Assembly (NCBI GenBank): GCA_015064395.1
Contig: SVSH01000004.1
Coordinates: forward strand, 6,901-70,900
Length of the DNA stretch: 64,000 nucleotides
Source of the DNA: Oscillospiraceae bacterium
GTDB lineage: Bacteria > Bacillota > Clostridia > Oscillospirales > CAG-272
Reading direction: 5' to 3'
A model generated the notes under the pieces. It saw only the letters and a program-made list of their open reading frames with translations. It ran no database searches and was not told the origin of the DNA. The position numbers and the translations under genes were made by a program. Shown here one piece after another: positions 8,721-17,947 of this stretch (position 1 is its first letter; every line of letters starts with the position of its first letter).

Positions 8721-10151
8721 ATGAATGAAAAAGAAAACGAAATCATAGATCCTTCACAAGAACAGGATGACAAGGACAACACGGTATCGACTGAGGTATC
8801 CCCGGAGAGCGAGGCGGATACGGTGACCTCGGAGACAGAGGAAGAGAGTGTTGATCCCACTCCCACTGCAGGTGAGAATGAGGGGACTGCCGATGAGCCG
8901 GAGGTCGTCTATCGCTGGAGCTACGCCGAGCAGCTCGCGGCGGACCGCTCGGAAAAAGCATCCTCTCGCCGCCGCGGCGTCGTGACTTACGCCATCGTGA
9001 TGACGGCTTGCTTCGCCGTCAGCTTTGGTATTTTGCTTGCTGCGCTATTTACCGGCTGGGACGGGCCTCTTTCCTTTGGCCCTGTGTTGGGAAATTCGAG
9101 CAATCAGAACGGCTCTGACCGCATCATCTACGTCAAGGATGATTATGAGGGAAGCGGCGTTCTGACCGAGCAGGAAATCTCCACGGCAGGCAATCCCGTC
9201 GTGGTGGGCATTACCGTAAAGACCACGCTGGGTGGTGGTGTCGGCACGGGAATTATCCTGACAGAGGACGGATATATTGCGACCAACAGTCACGTAGTAA
9301 ACGGTGCAAAAAGCATAACTGTCCGACTCTACAACGGCCAGGAGTGCACCGCGACGCTGGTCGGCGAGAGCGAGATGGACGACTTGGCTGTTATCAAGAT
9401 CCAAGCCAAGGGATTGCCTACCGCCAAGCTCGGAGACTCTTCCAAGGTTTTGGTTGGGGATCGCGTGACAGCGATCGGTCACCCGGCAGGACTGGAATTT
9501 GGTTGGACGGCGACCTACGGCCGCTTGTCCGCGGTCAACCGTATGGTCAAGATCCGTGACAATGACGGTACGATGTCCAAAAAGATGCTTTTGTTGCAAA
9601 CAGATGCCGACGTCAACTCGGGCAACTCGGGCGGGCCCTTGTTCAACGACCGCGGTGAGGTCATCGGTATCATTACCATGAAGCTGGCAGGGGACTATGA
9701 GGGGCTTGGCTTTGCCATTCCCATCTCAACCGCCGTGCCGCTTTTGAATGCGCTGATAAACAACGGAACGGTAGCTGACGTGCAGTCGCAGGTCTCCTTT
9801 GCTCGCGCAACGCTGGGTGTTACGGGCGTGTACGTGGAAAAAGAGTACTTTTACGTGCTGACCGAAACGGGAATTGCCAGACTGACCGAGGAGCAGGCGG
9901 CGCAGACCGAGGGTAGCTTCCGCCCGGGCGCAACGGGCGTGCTGGTTACGGGAACGGCGCCGGGGACGGATGCCGTCGGAAAATTTCAGCAATACGACGT
10001 GATCACAGCCATCGACGGCAAGGCCATCGATTCCTTTGATGCGATGCGCGAATATCTGTACGACCGCTTTGTGGGCGACACGGTAACCCTGACTTATGAC
10101 AGAGAAGGCCAATCGGCGCAAGCAAGCGTTGTTTTGGTGAAAACAGAATAA
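8721..10151 (+). CDS. htrA: HtrA/DegP family serine protease with PDZ domain
   Basis: Acidic N-terminus, one TM segment, catalytic triad TNSHVV / DDLAVIK / GNSGGPL, C-terminal PDZ. Confidence 0.93.
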   Translation: MNEKENEIIDPSQEQDDKDNTVSTEVSPESEADTVTSETEEESVDPTPTAGENEGTADEPEVVYRWSYAEQLAADRSEKASSRRRGVVTYAIVMTACFAVSFGILLAALFTGWDGPLSFGPVLGNSSNQNGSDRIIYVKDDYEGSGVLTEQEISTAGNPVVVGITVKTTLGGGVGTGIILTEDGYIATNSHVVNGAKSITVRLYNGQECTATLVGESEMDDLAVIKIQAKGLPTAKLGDSSKVLVGDRVTAIGHPAGLEFGWTATYGRLSAVNRMVKIRDNDGTMSKKMLLLQTDADVNSGNSGGPLFNDRGEVIGIITMKLAGDYEGLGFAIPISTAVPLLNALINNGTVADVQSQVSFARATLGVTGVYVEKEYFYVLTETGIARLTEEQAAQTEGSFRPGATGVLVTGTAPGTDAVGKFQQYDVITAIDGKAIDSFDAMREYLYDRFVGDTVTLTYDREGQSAQASVVLVKTE

Positions 10152-10165
10152 AAAAACCATACCAG

Positions 10166-10199
10166 AGAAGGCGAAAGATGCTATGATCTTTCGCCTTCT
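10166..10199. terminator. bidirectional intrinsic terminator
   Basis: 14-bp stem AGAAGGCGAAAGAT / ATCTTTCGCCTTCT between convergent genes. Confidence 0.8.
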
Positions 10200-10200
10200 T

Positions 10201-11358
10201 TTACGGCATTTCCTTGAGTGCTTGGTACAGCAGATCCACCTCGCGCGCTCGGTTGAAGGGGCCAAAGCTGACCCGCACACCGCCGCCGTCGGGCGTGTGA
10301 AGCGTGCGATGCCCGAGTGCCGCGCAGTGATACCCCGTGCGAACGCATATGCCGCGCTGTGAGAGATATTGCCCAATGTGCTCCGAGGGCACGCCCTCTC
10401 GGTGGAACATCAGGGTAGAGCCCTCGAATTCGGGTAGATACAGATGATACCCGGCAAGGGAATCCAGGCGGTCACGCAGACGGCAGAACAAAGCACTCTC
10501 GTGCTGTCTGATGTGCTCAAGCGTTACCCCCTCCAGGTATTGCAGTCCCGCACACAAGCCGGCGATGGCGGGGGTGGGAAGCGTTCCGGCCTCGCCTCGT
10601 TCGGGCAGTGTTTCGGGCATATCAGGGTCAAGCGAGGCATAGCCGCTTCCGCCCTCAATGATGGTGCCAAGGTGGAGGTCACGGTCTACGATGGCAGCGC
10701 CGCAGCCCTGAATGCCCAAAAGGCCCTTGTGTCCCGGCACGCACAGCCCGTCGATGCTCATCGCCTGCATATCAATGGGCAAATGTCCCGCCGATTGTGA
10801 GGCATCGACGATAAAATACAGATGGTGACGGCGGCAAAAGGCGCCGATCTCACATAAGGGCAGGGTAGCAGAGCATAGATTGGATTGATGGGAGCAAATG
10901 ACGGCACGGGTATTGGGCTTGATCTTGGCGGCAATACGGGCGCAAATGCGGGTGGCATTGCGCAGGCGACGTTCACCCTCCGTTTCCAGCATGGTGGAAA
11001 ACACGTCGTATTCAATGCCACCGCAGCCGGTACAACGTACCACGGGGCGCAGGACCGCGTTGTGCTCCATATCCGAGATCACAACGTGATCTCCCGGGCG
11101 TAACAGTCCCTTGATCAGAAAATTGAGAGCATAGGTGGCGTTGAGCGTGAATATGACGCCCTCGGGCGAGGGGGCGTTGAACAGACGGGCCAGGCGATGG
11201 CGACATTCAAATATTTTTTCGCCGGCCGCCAGCGCCAGAGGGTGTGACCCGCGACCGGGATTTCCGCCATATTGCCGGATACAGCGATCGACCTCCTCGT
11301 AGACTGCTGTGGGCTTGGGAAAGCTGGTGGCGGCATTGTCGAAATAAATGATACTCAT
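10201..11358 (-). CDS. class V PLP aminotransferase, cysteine desulfurase/selenocysteine lyase family (group II motif)
   Basis: IYFDNAATS, PGHKGLLG (PLP Lys) and VRTGYHCA (RxGxHCA) motifs. Confidence 0.92.
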   Translation of the reverse strand: MSIIYFDNAATSFPKPTAVYEEVDRCIRQYGGNPGRGSHPLALAAGEKIFECRHRLARLFNAPSPEGVIFTLNATYALNFLIKGLLRPGDHVVISDMEHNAVLRPVVRCTGCGGIEYDVFSTMLETEGERRLRNATRICARIAAKIKPNTRAVICSHQSNLCSATLPLCEIGAFCRRHHLYFIVDASQSAGHLPIDMQAMSIDGLCVPGHKGLLGIQGCGAAIVDRDLHLGTIIEGGSGYASLDPDMPETLPERGEAGTLPTPAIAGLCAGLQYLEGVTLEHIRQHESALFCRLRDRLDSLAGYHLYLPEFEGSTLMFHREGVPSEHIGQYLSQRGICVRTGYHCAALGHRTLHTPDGGGVRVSFGPFNRAREVDLLYQALKEMP

Positions 11359-11376
11359 AACGGTCTCTTTCTTTGG

Positions 11377-11640
11377 TTAGATGGGGTCCCAGGTGGCTTG
11401 ATCCGCATAGCGCCTGACGTTGATGTGAGCGGCTGTGAGGATGGCTTTTACGTTGGCCCTTTGTGAGGCGGCAAACAGGACGCCAAAGCCACAGCCGCGT
11501 TCCTTCTCCGAATCGGATTTGACGATCTCTGAACGAACGGCGGCCGCCGATAAAACCTCGCGGGCGTGCAAGGCGCTCGTCATTGACCCCAGAACGGCAA
11601 CCTGCATGCCGCCCGATATCGAACGATCTCGTTGTCGCAT
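11377..11640 (-). CDS. DUF3343-like small putative S/Se carrier protein
   Basis: 87 aa with SMTSAL and a GCG motif; GGAGG RBS; directly upstream of the desulfurase, the usual context for this family. Confidence 0.7.
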   Translation of the reverse strand: MRQRDRSISGGMQVAVLGSMTSALHAREVLSAAAVRSEIVKSDSEKERGCGFGVLFAASQRANVKAILTAAHINVRRYADQATWDPI

Positions 11641-11662
11641 GATAGCACCTCCTTCCTCTTTC

Positions 11663-11690
11663 AGTGTATGTCAAAGGCCGTCGTGGGGTG
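11663..11690 (-). promoter_or_regulatory. sigmaK-like (mother-cell) promoter candidate
   Basis: CACC-N16-CATACACT on the minus strand, matching the mACm-N16-CATAnnnT consensus. Confidence 0.5.
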
Positions 11691-11696
11691 TCGAAT

Positions 11697-11726
11697 AAAA
11701 AGGCGTGCGGAGGAGATCCGCACGCC
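11697..11726 (-). terminator. intrinsic terminator
   Basis: GGCGTGCGGA / TCCGCACGCC 10-bp stem followed by a U-run on the minus strand. Confidence 0.8.
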
Positions 11727-11736
11727 CAGGCTTCCG

Positions 11737-12237
11737 TTATTTATCCGTGACCACGTGGATCTCCACGTAGATCGTTCTTGTGTTGAGATTGGTGGAATAG
11801 GTGAATTTGACGTTGGTATGCTGGGACAGATTCGTGCCCAGCCGATAGCAAAAGACCAGAACTTCTTTACCCGACCGCTCGCACAGGCTGTCCATCTCAC
11901 CCGAGGGGGAGGCCAGCAGATTGACCGTCGAGCCCTCTGCCGTCATAGAGAGATTTTTCAAATCTACGGTGTATTCGGTTCCGTCGATGACGATGCGAGT
12001 GACGTCGGAGGAGACGCGCTCCACCTCATACCCGCAAGCGGCAAAGGTCGCAGCCAAGGGGATGAGCGGATATTCGCCGTGTAAATAAGCCTGTGCCTTT
12101 TCTACCGTCGTGCCGTTGACGATCAGAGTAGCCTTGCGTCGTGCGGATCGGTTGCCACCGCACATCGTCAGAGTCAATATCAAAAAGAGCGCCAGCACTG
12201 TCGTGCACAGGCGTAGGATCCATATCTTGCCTTTCAT
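11737..12237 (-). CDS. secreted or lipoprotein hypothetical with a copper-amine-oxidase-N-like (stalk) domain
   Basis: Signal peptide MKGKIWILRLCTTVLALFLILTLTMC; LIVNG...YPLIPLAATFAACGYEV pattern; GGAGG RBS. Confidence 0.55.
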   Translation of the reverse strand: MKGKIWILRLCTTVLALFLILTLTMCGGNRSARRKATLIVNGTTVEKAQAYLHGEYPLIPLAATFAACGYEVERVSSDVTRIVIDGTEYTVDLKNLSMTAEGSTVNLLASPSGEMDSLCERSGKEVLVFCYRLGTNLSQHTNVKFTYSTNLNTRTIYVEIHVVTDK

Positions 12238-12265
12238 GCCGTGACCTCCAATTTTTCTGCACAAT

Positions 12266-12294
12266 ATTATACCACACAGGGCGATTTTTGTCAA
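12266..12294 (-). promoter_or_regulatory. consensus sigmaA promoter for the stalk-domain gene
   Basis: TTGACA-N17-TATAAT on the minus strand. Confidence 0.8.
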
Positions 12295-12320
12295 CGGTGG
12301 GGAGGGCGAAAAGGAATATG

Positions 12321-12349
12321 TTGACAGAACGGGGGAAGTGTGGTAGAAT
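12321..12349 (+). promoter_or_regulatory. sigmaA promoter for radC
   Basis: TTGACA-N17-TAGAAT. Confidence 0.75.
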
Positions 12350-12381
12350 GATGACTGTATAACAGTTCAAAGGAGCGCCCT

Positions 12382-13167
12382 ATGTCAGATACAAAATCAA
12401 ACAACCCTCATCAAGGACACCGCGAGCGGATGCGCGAACGCTTTATCAAGGAGAGCGGAGAGCATTTCGAGACGCATCAACTCCTGGAGATGTATTTGTT
12501 TCCTCTCTTGCCGCGCCGCAATACCAACGAGATCGCCCATCGACTCCTTGGGCGCTTTGGCTCGCTGGAGGATATTTTCCTGGCCGATCCTTTGGAATTG
12601 ACAGAGGTGGAGGGCATCAGCGAAAAGACGGCCACTGCGATCAAGGTGACTGCCGCCCTTATGAGACGCATGGCACAGGAGAGCTATCATCCGCCCAAGA
12701 GATACGATCATTTCGAGGACGTCGTCCGCTACCTGCAAAGCCTGTATACCGGAATTACCGTTGAGCGCGTGTATCTGCTGCTGTTCGATAACGGCATGAA
12801 GCTGCTCGATTGCATCCTGCTGGACGAGGGAACGGTCAATCAAGCCAATATCACCCCGCGCAAGGTTCTTGAGCACGCCATCAAGCGAGGCGCTTCTTCC
12901 GTTTTGCTTGCCCACAACCATCCTCGCGGCGTCGCGATCCCGTCCTCGGAGGATATAGCAACGACCAATTTTCTGCAGAATAACCTCAGAGGTATGGGGG
13001 TAACTCTCATCGATCACGTCATCGTGGGACGGGATACCGTCATGCCCATTCTTAACCATCAGATCGGAAATCTGCGCCCCTCGCCCATTTCGGGAGAGGT
13101 GGATGAGAAGTTCTATCGCTCCTTCTACGGCCGATTTGACGCACGCGGATCAAGATCCGATGAATGA
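12382..13167 (+). CDS. radC: RadC family JAB/MPN domain protein
   Basis: HQGHRERMRERF N-terminus, HhH region, AHNHPRG..PSSED JAMM motif, LIDHVIVG. Confidence 0.93.
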   Translation: MSDTKSNNPHQGHRERMRERFIKESGEHFETHQLLEMYLFPLLPRRNTNEIAHRLLGRFGSLEDIFLADPLELTEVEGISEKTATAIKVTAALMRRMAQESYHPPKRYDHFEDVVRYLQSLYTGITVERVYLLLFDNGMKLLDCILLDEGTVNQANITPRKVLEHAIKRGASSVLLAHNHPRGVAIPSSEDIATTNFLQNNLRGMGVTLIDHVIVGRDTVMPILNHQIGNLRPSPISGEVDEKFYRSFYGRFDARGSRSDE

Positions 13168-13181
13168 TAAAATAACGAAAA

Positions 13182-13211
13182 AACCGCCCGGGACGTAAGT
13201 CTTGGGCGGTT
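13182..13211. terminator. bidirectional intrinsic terminator
   Basis: AACCGCCCGGGAC / GTCTTGGGCGGTT stem. Confidence 0.75.
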
Positions 13212-13218
13212 GATCTTT

Positions 13219-14988
13219 TTACGTGGGGTCGAATTGGCTGTTGTACAGGTCAGCATAGAAGCCGCCGCGAGCGAGTAGCTCCTCGTGCTTGCCTTGCTCG
13301 ATGACGTTGCCGTCCCTCATGACGAGAATGACGTCCGCGTCGCGAATGGTCGAGAGTCGGTGAGCAACGATAAAGCTGGTGCGGCCCTTCATCATGCGGG
13401 CAAACGCATCCTGAATTTTGAGCTCGGTTCGGGTGTCGATCGAGGAGGTCGCCTCGTCGAGAATGAGCATGGGAGGCAGACACAGCATGATGCGGGTGAT
13501 GCAAAGCAGCTGCTTCTGTCCTTGCGACAAACTTCCGCCGTCCTCGCCGATGACGGTGTCGTATCCGTTGGGTAATTTGCGAATAAAGCTGTGGGCGTGA
13601 GCCGCACGCGCGGCCGTCTCGATCTCCTCTTGGGTGGCGTTGGGCCTGCCCATGGTGATGTTCTCGCGGATCGTTCCTGAGCGAAGCCAGGTGTCCTGCA
13701 AGACCATGCCGTAGCTCTGACGCAGAGAGCGGCGGGGGATCTGACGAATATCCTGTCCGTCGACCGAAATACTGCCTGCCTTGACGTCGTAGAAACGCAT
13801 GAGTAGGTTGATCAGAGTTGTCTTGCCGCAACCCGTCGGACCGACGATGGCCACACGCTGGCCCGGCTTGACGTCCAGGGAAAAACCACGGATCAAGGGG
13901 CGGTCCTCGTCATAGGAGAAATGCACGTCCGCAAGGGAAACGTTGCCCTGTGTCTTGTCAATGTCCGTAGCGTCCTCAGCATCCGCAGACTCGGTGGGCT
14001 GCTCGATCAGATCGAAGATGCGGGAGGCGCAGGTCAGTGCGTTTTGCAGCTCGGTCAGAACGCCCGAGATCTCATTGAAGGGCTTGGTGTATTGGTTGGC
14101 ATAGCTGAGGAAGCAGGACAGCCGACCGACCGAAAATCCGATGGGATCAGCCATGACGGCGAAGGCGCCCGACAGCGCAACGCCGGCATATACCATCGAG
14201 TTGATAAAGCGGGTACAGGGGTTGACCAGGGAGGAAAAGAAGATCGCCTTGAGCGAGTATGTTTTGAGTCGCTCGTTGACCTTATCAAAGTCGCGCACCG
14301 CCTCGTCCTCGTGGGCAAAGGCCTTGACGACCTTTTGGTTTCCGATCATCTCCTCGATCAGTGCGGTCTGCTCGCCCCGTGTCTCGGATTGCTTTTTGAA
14401 CATGTCGTGGGTGTGGGTGGCGATATAGCGCGCCACAAACAGCGACAGAGGCGTCAGCACGACCACCAAAAGGGTGATCAAGGGATGAAGCGTCAGCATG
14501 AAGATAAGCGTGCCGAGAATGGTCAGAATGCCGGTAAACAGCTGGGTAAATCCCAGGAGTAGTCCGTCAGCAAACTGATCCACGTCGGCGATGACACGGC
14601 TGACGATATCGCCCACCGGCTGCTTGTCAAGATAGGAAAGGGGCAAGCGCTGGATGCGGCGGAAGGCGGCGTTTCTCGTGTCGTGAACGACGCGGAAGGC
14701 GATCTTGTTGTTGAGCGTGCTCATCAGCCATTGCGACAGAGCGATCACGAGCGCGCACACGGCGACACGCACAAGAAGGGGAATGATGACAGGGAAGTTG
14801 ACGTTGCCCTTTGCGATGATATGATCGATGGCGTCGCCAATGACGATGGGGATATATAGCGTAAGTCCGACCGAGAGTGCGGCCAGAAGTGCTGACAGAA
14901 TGATCTGCAGGCGGTAGCGCTTCAGATAACGAAGAACGGTCGCAAGTGTTTTGCGGGTCTGTCCGGAGGAGAGCTTTTGGTTTGCCAT
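13219..14988 (-). CDS. ABC exporter, fused permease/ATPase (heterodimer subunit with consensus catalytic Glu/His)
   Basis: TMD plus NBD with GPTGCGKT, LSQGQKQ, ILDEATSS and AHR; start MANQK after a GGAG RBS. Confidence 0.95.
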   Translation of the reverse strand: MANQKLSSGQTRKTLATVLRYLKRYRLQIILSALLAALSVGLTLYIPIVIGDAIDHIIAKGNVNFPVIIPLLVRVAVCALVIALSQWLMSTLNNKIAFRVVHDTRNAAFRRIQRLPLSYLDKQPVGDIVSRVIADVDQFADGLLLGFTQLFTGILTILGTLIFMLTLHPLITLLVVVLTPLSLFVARYIATHTHDMFKKQSETRGEQTALIEEMIGNQKVVKAFAHEDEAVRDFDKVNERLKTYSLKAIFFSSLVNPCTRFINSMVYAGVALSGAFAVMADPIGFSVGRLSCFLSYANQYTKPFNEISGVLTELQNALTCASRIFDLIEQPTESADAEDATDIDKTQGNVSLADVHFSYDEDRPLIRGFSLDVKPGQRVAIVGPTGCGKTTLINLLMRFYDVKAGSISVDGQDIRQIPRRSLRQSYGMVLQDTWLRSGTIRENITMGRPNATQEEIETAARAAHAHSFIRKLPNGYDTVIGEDGGSLSQGQKQLLCITRIMLCLPPMLILDEATSSIDTRTELKIQDAFARMMKGRTSFIVAHRLSTIRDADVILVMRDGNVIEQGKHEELLARGGFYADLYNSQFDPT

Positions 14989-14989
14989 A

Positions 14990-16714
14990 TCACACACTCT
15001 CCTTTCTGAACTGCGACTCATAGATCTCGCGATAGGTCTCGCAATTCGAAAGTAGCTCGTCGTGGCGTCCAATGCCTGCGACCTCGCCGTTGTCCAGTAC
15101 GATAATACGGTCGGCGTGAGTCAGCGAGGTGGCGCGCTGGGAGACGATAAACACCGTAGGCGCGTCCTCCATGCGGCGCAGTGCCTGGCGCAGGGCTGAG
15201 TCGGTGGCATAGTCCAGCGCGGAGGAGCTGTCATCCAAAATCAGGATCTCTGGCTTGCGGACAAGGGCACGGGCGATGGTCAATCTCTGGCGCTGACCGC
15301 CCGAGAAGTTGCGTCCGTTTTGCTCGACGGGAGCATCCAGCCCACCCTCTTTGTCAAGGACGACCTGCTCTGCCTGCGCAATGCGAAGCGCCTCGAACAT
15401 CTGCTCCTCGGTGGCGTTCTCGTTGCCCCATAACAGATTGTCGCGGATGGTGCCGCGGAACAGCACAGCCTTTTGCGGAACGACACCGATCCGCTCGCGC
15501 AGTCGCTCGGCGGACCATTCGGTCACAGGGGTGCCTTGCACGTATACTTGACCCTCGCTGGCGTCGTAAAAGCGGGGGATGAGATTGACCAGCGTGGTCT
15601 TGCCCGAGCCCGTACCGCCGATGACGCCGATGACCTCGCCCCGACGGGCAACGAAGCTGACGTCACGCAGTACCACATCCGCGGCATTGGCATACGCCAT
15701 GCTGACGTGATCAAAGCGCACCACCTCGTCCGAAGGAGGCGGATTTTGCCCGTTCTCGGGCATTTGCATGGTGGGTCTGACCTCCAACATCGCCTGTACG
15801 CGGCGGCCGCAGGCGACAGCCTTGGTCAGCGTGATGATGAGGCTAGCCAGCTTGATCAGCTCGACCAAAATTTGTGACATATAGTTGTACAGCGCGATGA
15901 CCTCGCCCTGCAAAAGGTTGCCCCCGTTGACCTGCAGAGCACCTGCGTAGACGAGAACGACGATGGCCAGATTGACCAGAGCGTAGGACAGGGGATTGAG
16001 CAGCGAGGAAAGACGTCCCACCCGGTTTTGCGTCGCCGTCAGAAGATCGTTGCGCTCGCGGAAGGTGTCCATCTCGTCCTGCTCCTTACAAAAGGCGCGG
16101 ATGACACGCACGCCCGTCAGGTTTTCACGCGTTGTGCCCGTGATGTTGTCCAAGCGCTCCTGCACCTTTTTGTACAGTGGGAGGCACAACAGCATGATGC
16201 CGAATACCGCAACGGACAAAACCGGAATGGTCACGGCGAAGATGATCGAGCATTCAGGGTCCACGACGTAGGCCATGACCATCGCGCCCAACACCACAAA
16301 GGGGGAGCGCAACACCAGGCGCAGGGTCAGATTGATGCCCGATTGTACTTGTCCTACGTCGCTTGTCATGCGGGTGATCATGGTCGACGTTCCCACCCGA
16401 TCGAGATCGGAGTAGGACAGCTTGCCGATGTGCGAGAACAGCGAGTGTCGCACCTGCGACGCAAAGCCCACGGCGGCGCGGGCGGCAAAATATTGGGCCG
16501 TTACCGCGCAGACAAGTCCGATGATGCCGAGTGCCACCAAAATCAGGCAGTTCTTCACGATCATGCCCGTGTCACCCTGTGCAATGCCAACGTCGACGAT
16601 GCGAGCGACCACCAGGGGAACAAGCAATTCAAAGGAGGCCTCCAGCAGCTTGAACAGCGGCCCTAAGATCGCCTCCTTGGTATACGGTTTCAAAAATCTC
16701 AACAGCTTTCTCAT
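14990..16714 (-). CDS. ABC exporter, fused permease/ATPase (heterodimer subunit with degenerate site)
   Basis: GGTGSGKT, FSGGQRQR, ILDDSSS (E to D) and SQR (H to Q), as in TmrAB/EfrAB-type heterodimers. Confidence 0.95.
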   Translation of the reverse strand: MRKLLRFLKPYTKEAILGPLFKLLEASFELLVPLVVARIVDVGIAQGDTGMIVKNCLILVALGIIGLVCAVTAQYFAARAAVGFASQVRHSLFSHIGKLSYSDLDRVGTSTMITRMTSDVGQVQSGINLTLRLVLRSPFVVLGAMVMAYVVDPECSIIFAVTIPVLSVAVFGIMLLCLPLYKKVQERLDNITGTTRENLTGVRVIRAFCKEQDEMDTFRERNDLLTATQNRVGRLSSLLNPLSYALVNLAIVVLVYAGALQVNGGNLLQGEVIALYNYMSQILVELIKLASLIITLTKAVACGRRVQAMLEVRPTMQMPENGQNPPPSDEVVRFDHVSMAYANAADVVLRDVSFVARRGEVIGVIGGTGSGKTTLVNLIPRFYDASEGQVYVQGTPVTEWSAERLRERIGVVPQKAVLFRGTIRDNLLWGNENATEEQMFEALRIAQAEQVVLDKEGGLDAPVEQNGRNFSGGQRQRLTIARALVRKPEILILDDSSSALDYATDSALRQALRRMEDAPTVFIVSQRATSLTHADRIIVLDNGEVAGIGRHDELLSNCETYREIYESQFRKESV

Positions 16715-16749
16715 ACGATGCCTTTCCGTTTCTGATTTCCACATCCCAT

Positions 16750-16778
16750 ATTATAGCATAAATTCATTCTTTTGAAAA
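16750..16778 (-). promoter_or_regulatory. sigmaA-type promoter (extended -10) for the ABC pair
   Basis: TTTTCA-N17-TATAAT with TGn on the minus strand. Confidence 0.5.
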
Positions 16779-16815
16779 GCCCCTTTATTATTTTTCTTCA
16801 GCGCATGCCAAAAGG

Positions 16816-16844
16816 GCATAAAACCCCTTGCTTTTTCATACACT
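16816..16844 (+). promoter_or_regulatory. sigmaE-like (mother-cell sporulation) promoter
   Basis: GCATAAA-N14-CATACACT, a close match to the sigmaE consensus. Confidence 0.6.
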
Positions 16845-16908
16845 GCAATGTCGCCGGCTTTGGGCGACCGAAAAGATCGGATGTGCCATGGAAAGGAGAA
16901 AAACACGC

Positions 16909-17871
16909 ATGAATGAACGCTATATGCCCGAGGGGGCGCGTCTTGCCACACAGGAAAACCGAGAGGCGACGGCAAGCCTTGCCGCCCTGGAGCGGGCCAT
17001 GAATACGGGAATGATACTGGAGGGCATCGCCACGCTGTGCGATCATTCGCTCAATCTGCACGTGGATGTAGGAGGCTTTGAGGGCTTTATGCCGTACGGG
17101 GAGACGGTGTTCAACCCCGACGGACAGCCCATCAAGGATATTGCCGTCATCTCGCGCGTCGGTAAGCCCGTCTGCTTTCGGGTACTGGGGGTGCTACGGG
17201 ATGCCGAACGGGGAAAACCGCAGCTGTTGCTTTCCCGCCGCGCGGCACAGATGGATTGCTATCGGGAATTTTTGAGCGCACTCGTCCCGGGTGACATCAT
17301 CCCAGCCAAGGTCACCCACCTGGAAAGCTTTGGGGCGTTCGTCGATATCGGATGCGGTGTGGTGTCTCTTCTGGCCGTGGATTGCCTGTCCGTTTCCCGC
17401 ATCAACCATCCGCGCGAGCGCCTGGCCCCCGGGGCACGCCTTCGCGTGGTCGTCAAAAACATTGACGCGCCCAATAACCGCATTTTCGTCAGCCTGCGCG
17501 AGCTGCTGGGCACCTGGGAGCAAAACGCCGCCCGCTTCGAGGCAGGGCAGACGGTCACGGGCATCGTCCGCAGTGTCGAGGACTACGGTATGTTCATCGA
17601 ACTCGCCCCTAACCTTGCGGGGCTGACCGAGCTGCGTGAGGAAACGCGCGAGATCGCTTCGTCCTGGATCGGGCAAAACGCGGCCGTGTTTATCAAAAGC
17701 ATCGTGCCCGAGCGCATGAAGATCAAGCTGGTGCTCATCGATACCTTTGCCGCTACCCGCACACCTGCGCCGCTGACTTATTACATAGGCGAGGAGGTCG
17801 AGCACATCGACCGCTGGATCTATTCGCCCACGGGGTGCAGAAAACGGGTGGAGACGGTGTTTGGGGAATAA
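16909..17871 (+). CDS. multi-S1-domain RNA-binding protein
   Basis: Three S1-like repeats (e.g. VTHLESFGAFVDIG and VRSVEDYGMFIELA); AAAGGAG RBS before MNERY. Confidence 0.85.
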   Translation: MNERYMPEGARLATQENREATASLAALERAMNTGMILEGIATLCDHSLNLHVDVGGFEGFMPYGETVFNPDGQPIKDIAVISRVGKPVCFRVLGVLRDAERGKPQLLLSRRAAQMDCYREFLSALVPGDIIPAKVTHLESFGAFVDIGCGVVSLLAVDCLSVSRINHPRERLAPGARLRVVVKNIDAPNNRIFVSLRELLGTWEQNAARFEAGQTVTGIVRSVEDYGMFIELAPNLAGLTELREETREIASSWIGQNAAVFIKSIVPERMKIKLVLIDTFAATRTPAPLTYYIGEEVEHIDRWIYSPTGCRKRVETVFGE

Positions 17872-17876
17872 CAGGT

Positions 17877-17916
17877 AAAAAACAAAAAATCCACCGAGGG
17901 TGGATTTTTGTTTTTT
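17877..17916. terminator. bidirectional intrinsic terminator
   Basis: AAAAATCCACC / GGTGGATTTTT stem flanked by A- and T-runs. Confidence 0.8.
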
Positions 17917-17947
17917 AAAATAAAGATATGAAATGGTTGGAAGATTG

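Noticed and set aside
12308-12325. Possible SOS box at the radC promoter
   Set aside because: Only ATATGTT matches; the left half lacks GAAC.
12382-13167. radC as a marker of a mobile element
   Set aside because: Full-length chromosomal form with its own promoter and terminator; no integrase, repeats or compositional shift.
13219-16714. Degenerate catalytic residues in the ABC pair as a novelty
   Set aside because: The asymmetric consensus/degenerate sites are the established pattern of heterodimeric type IV exporters.
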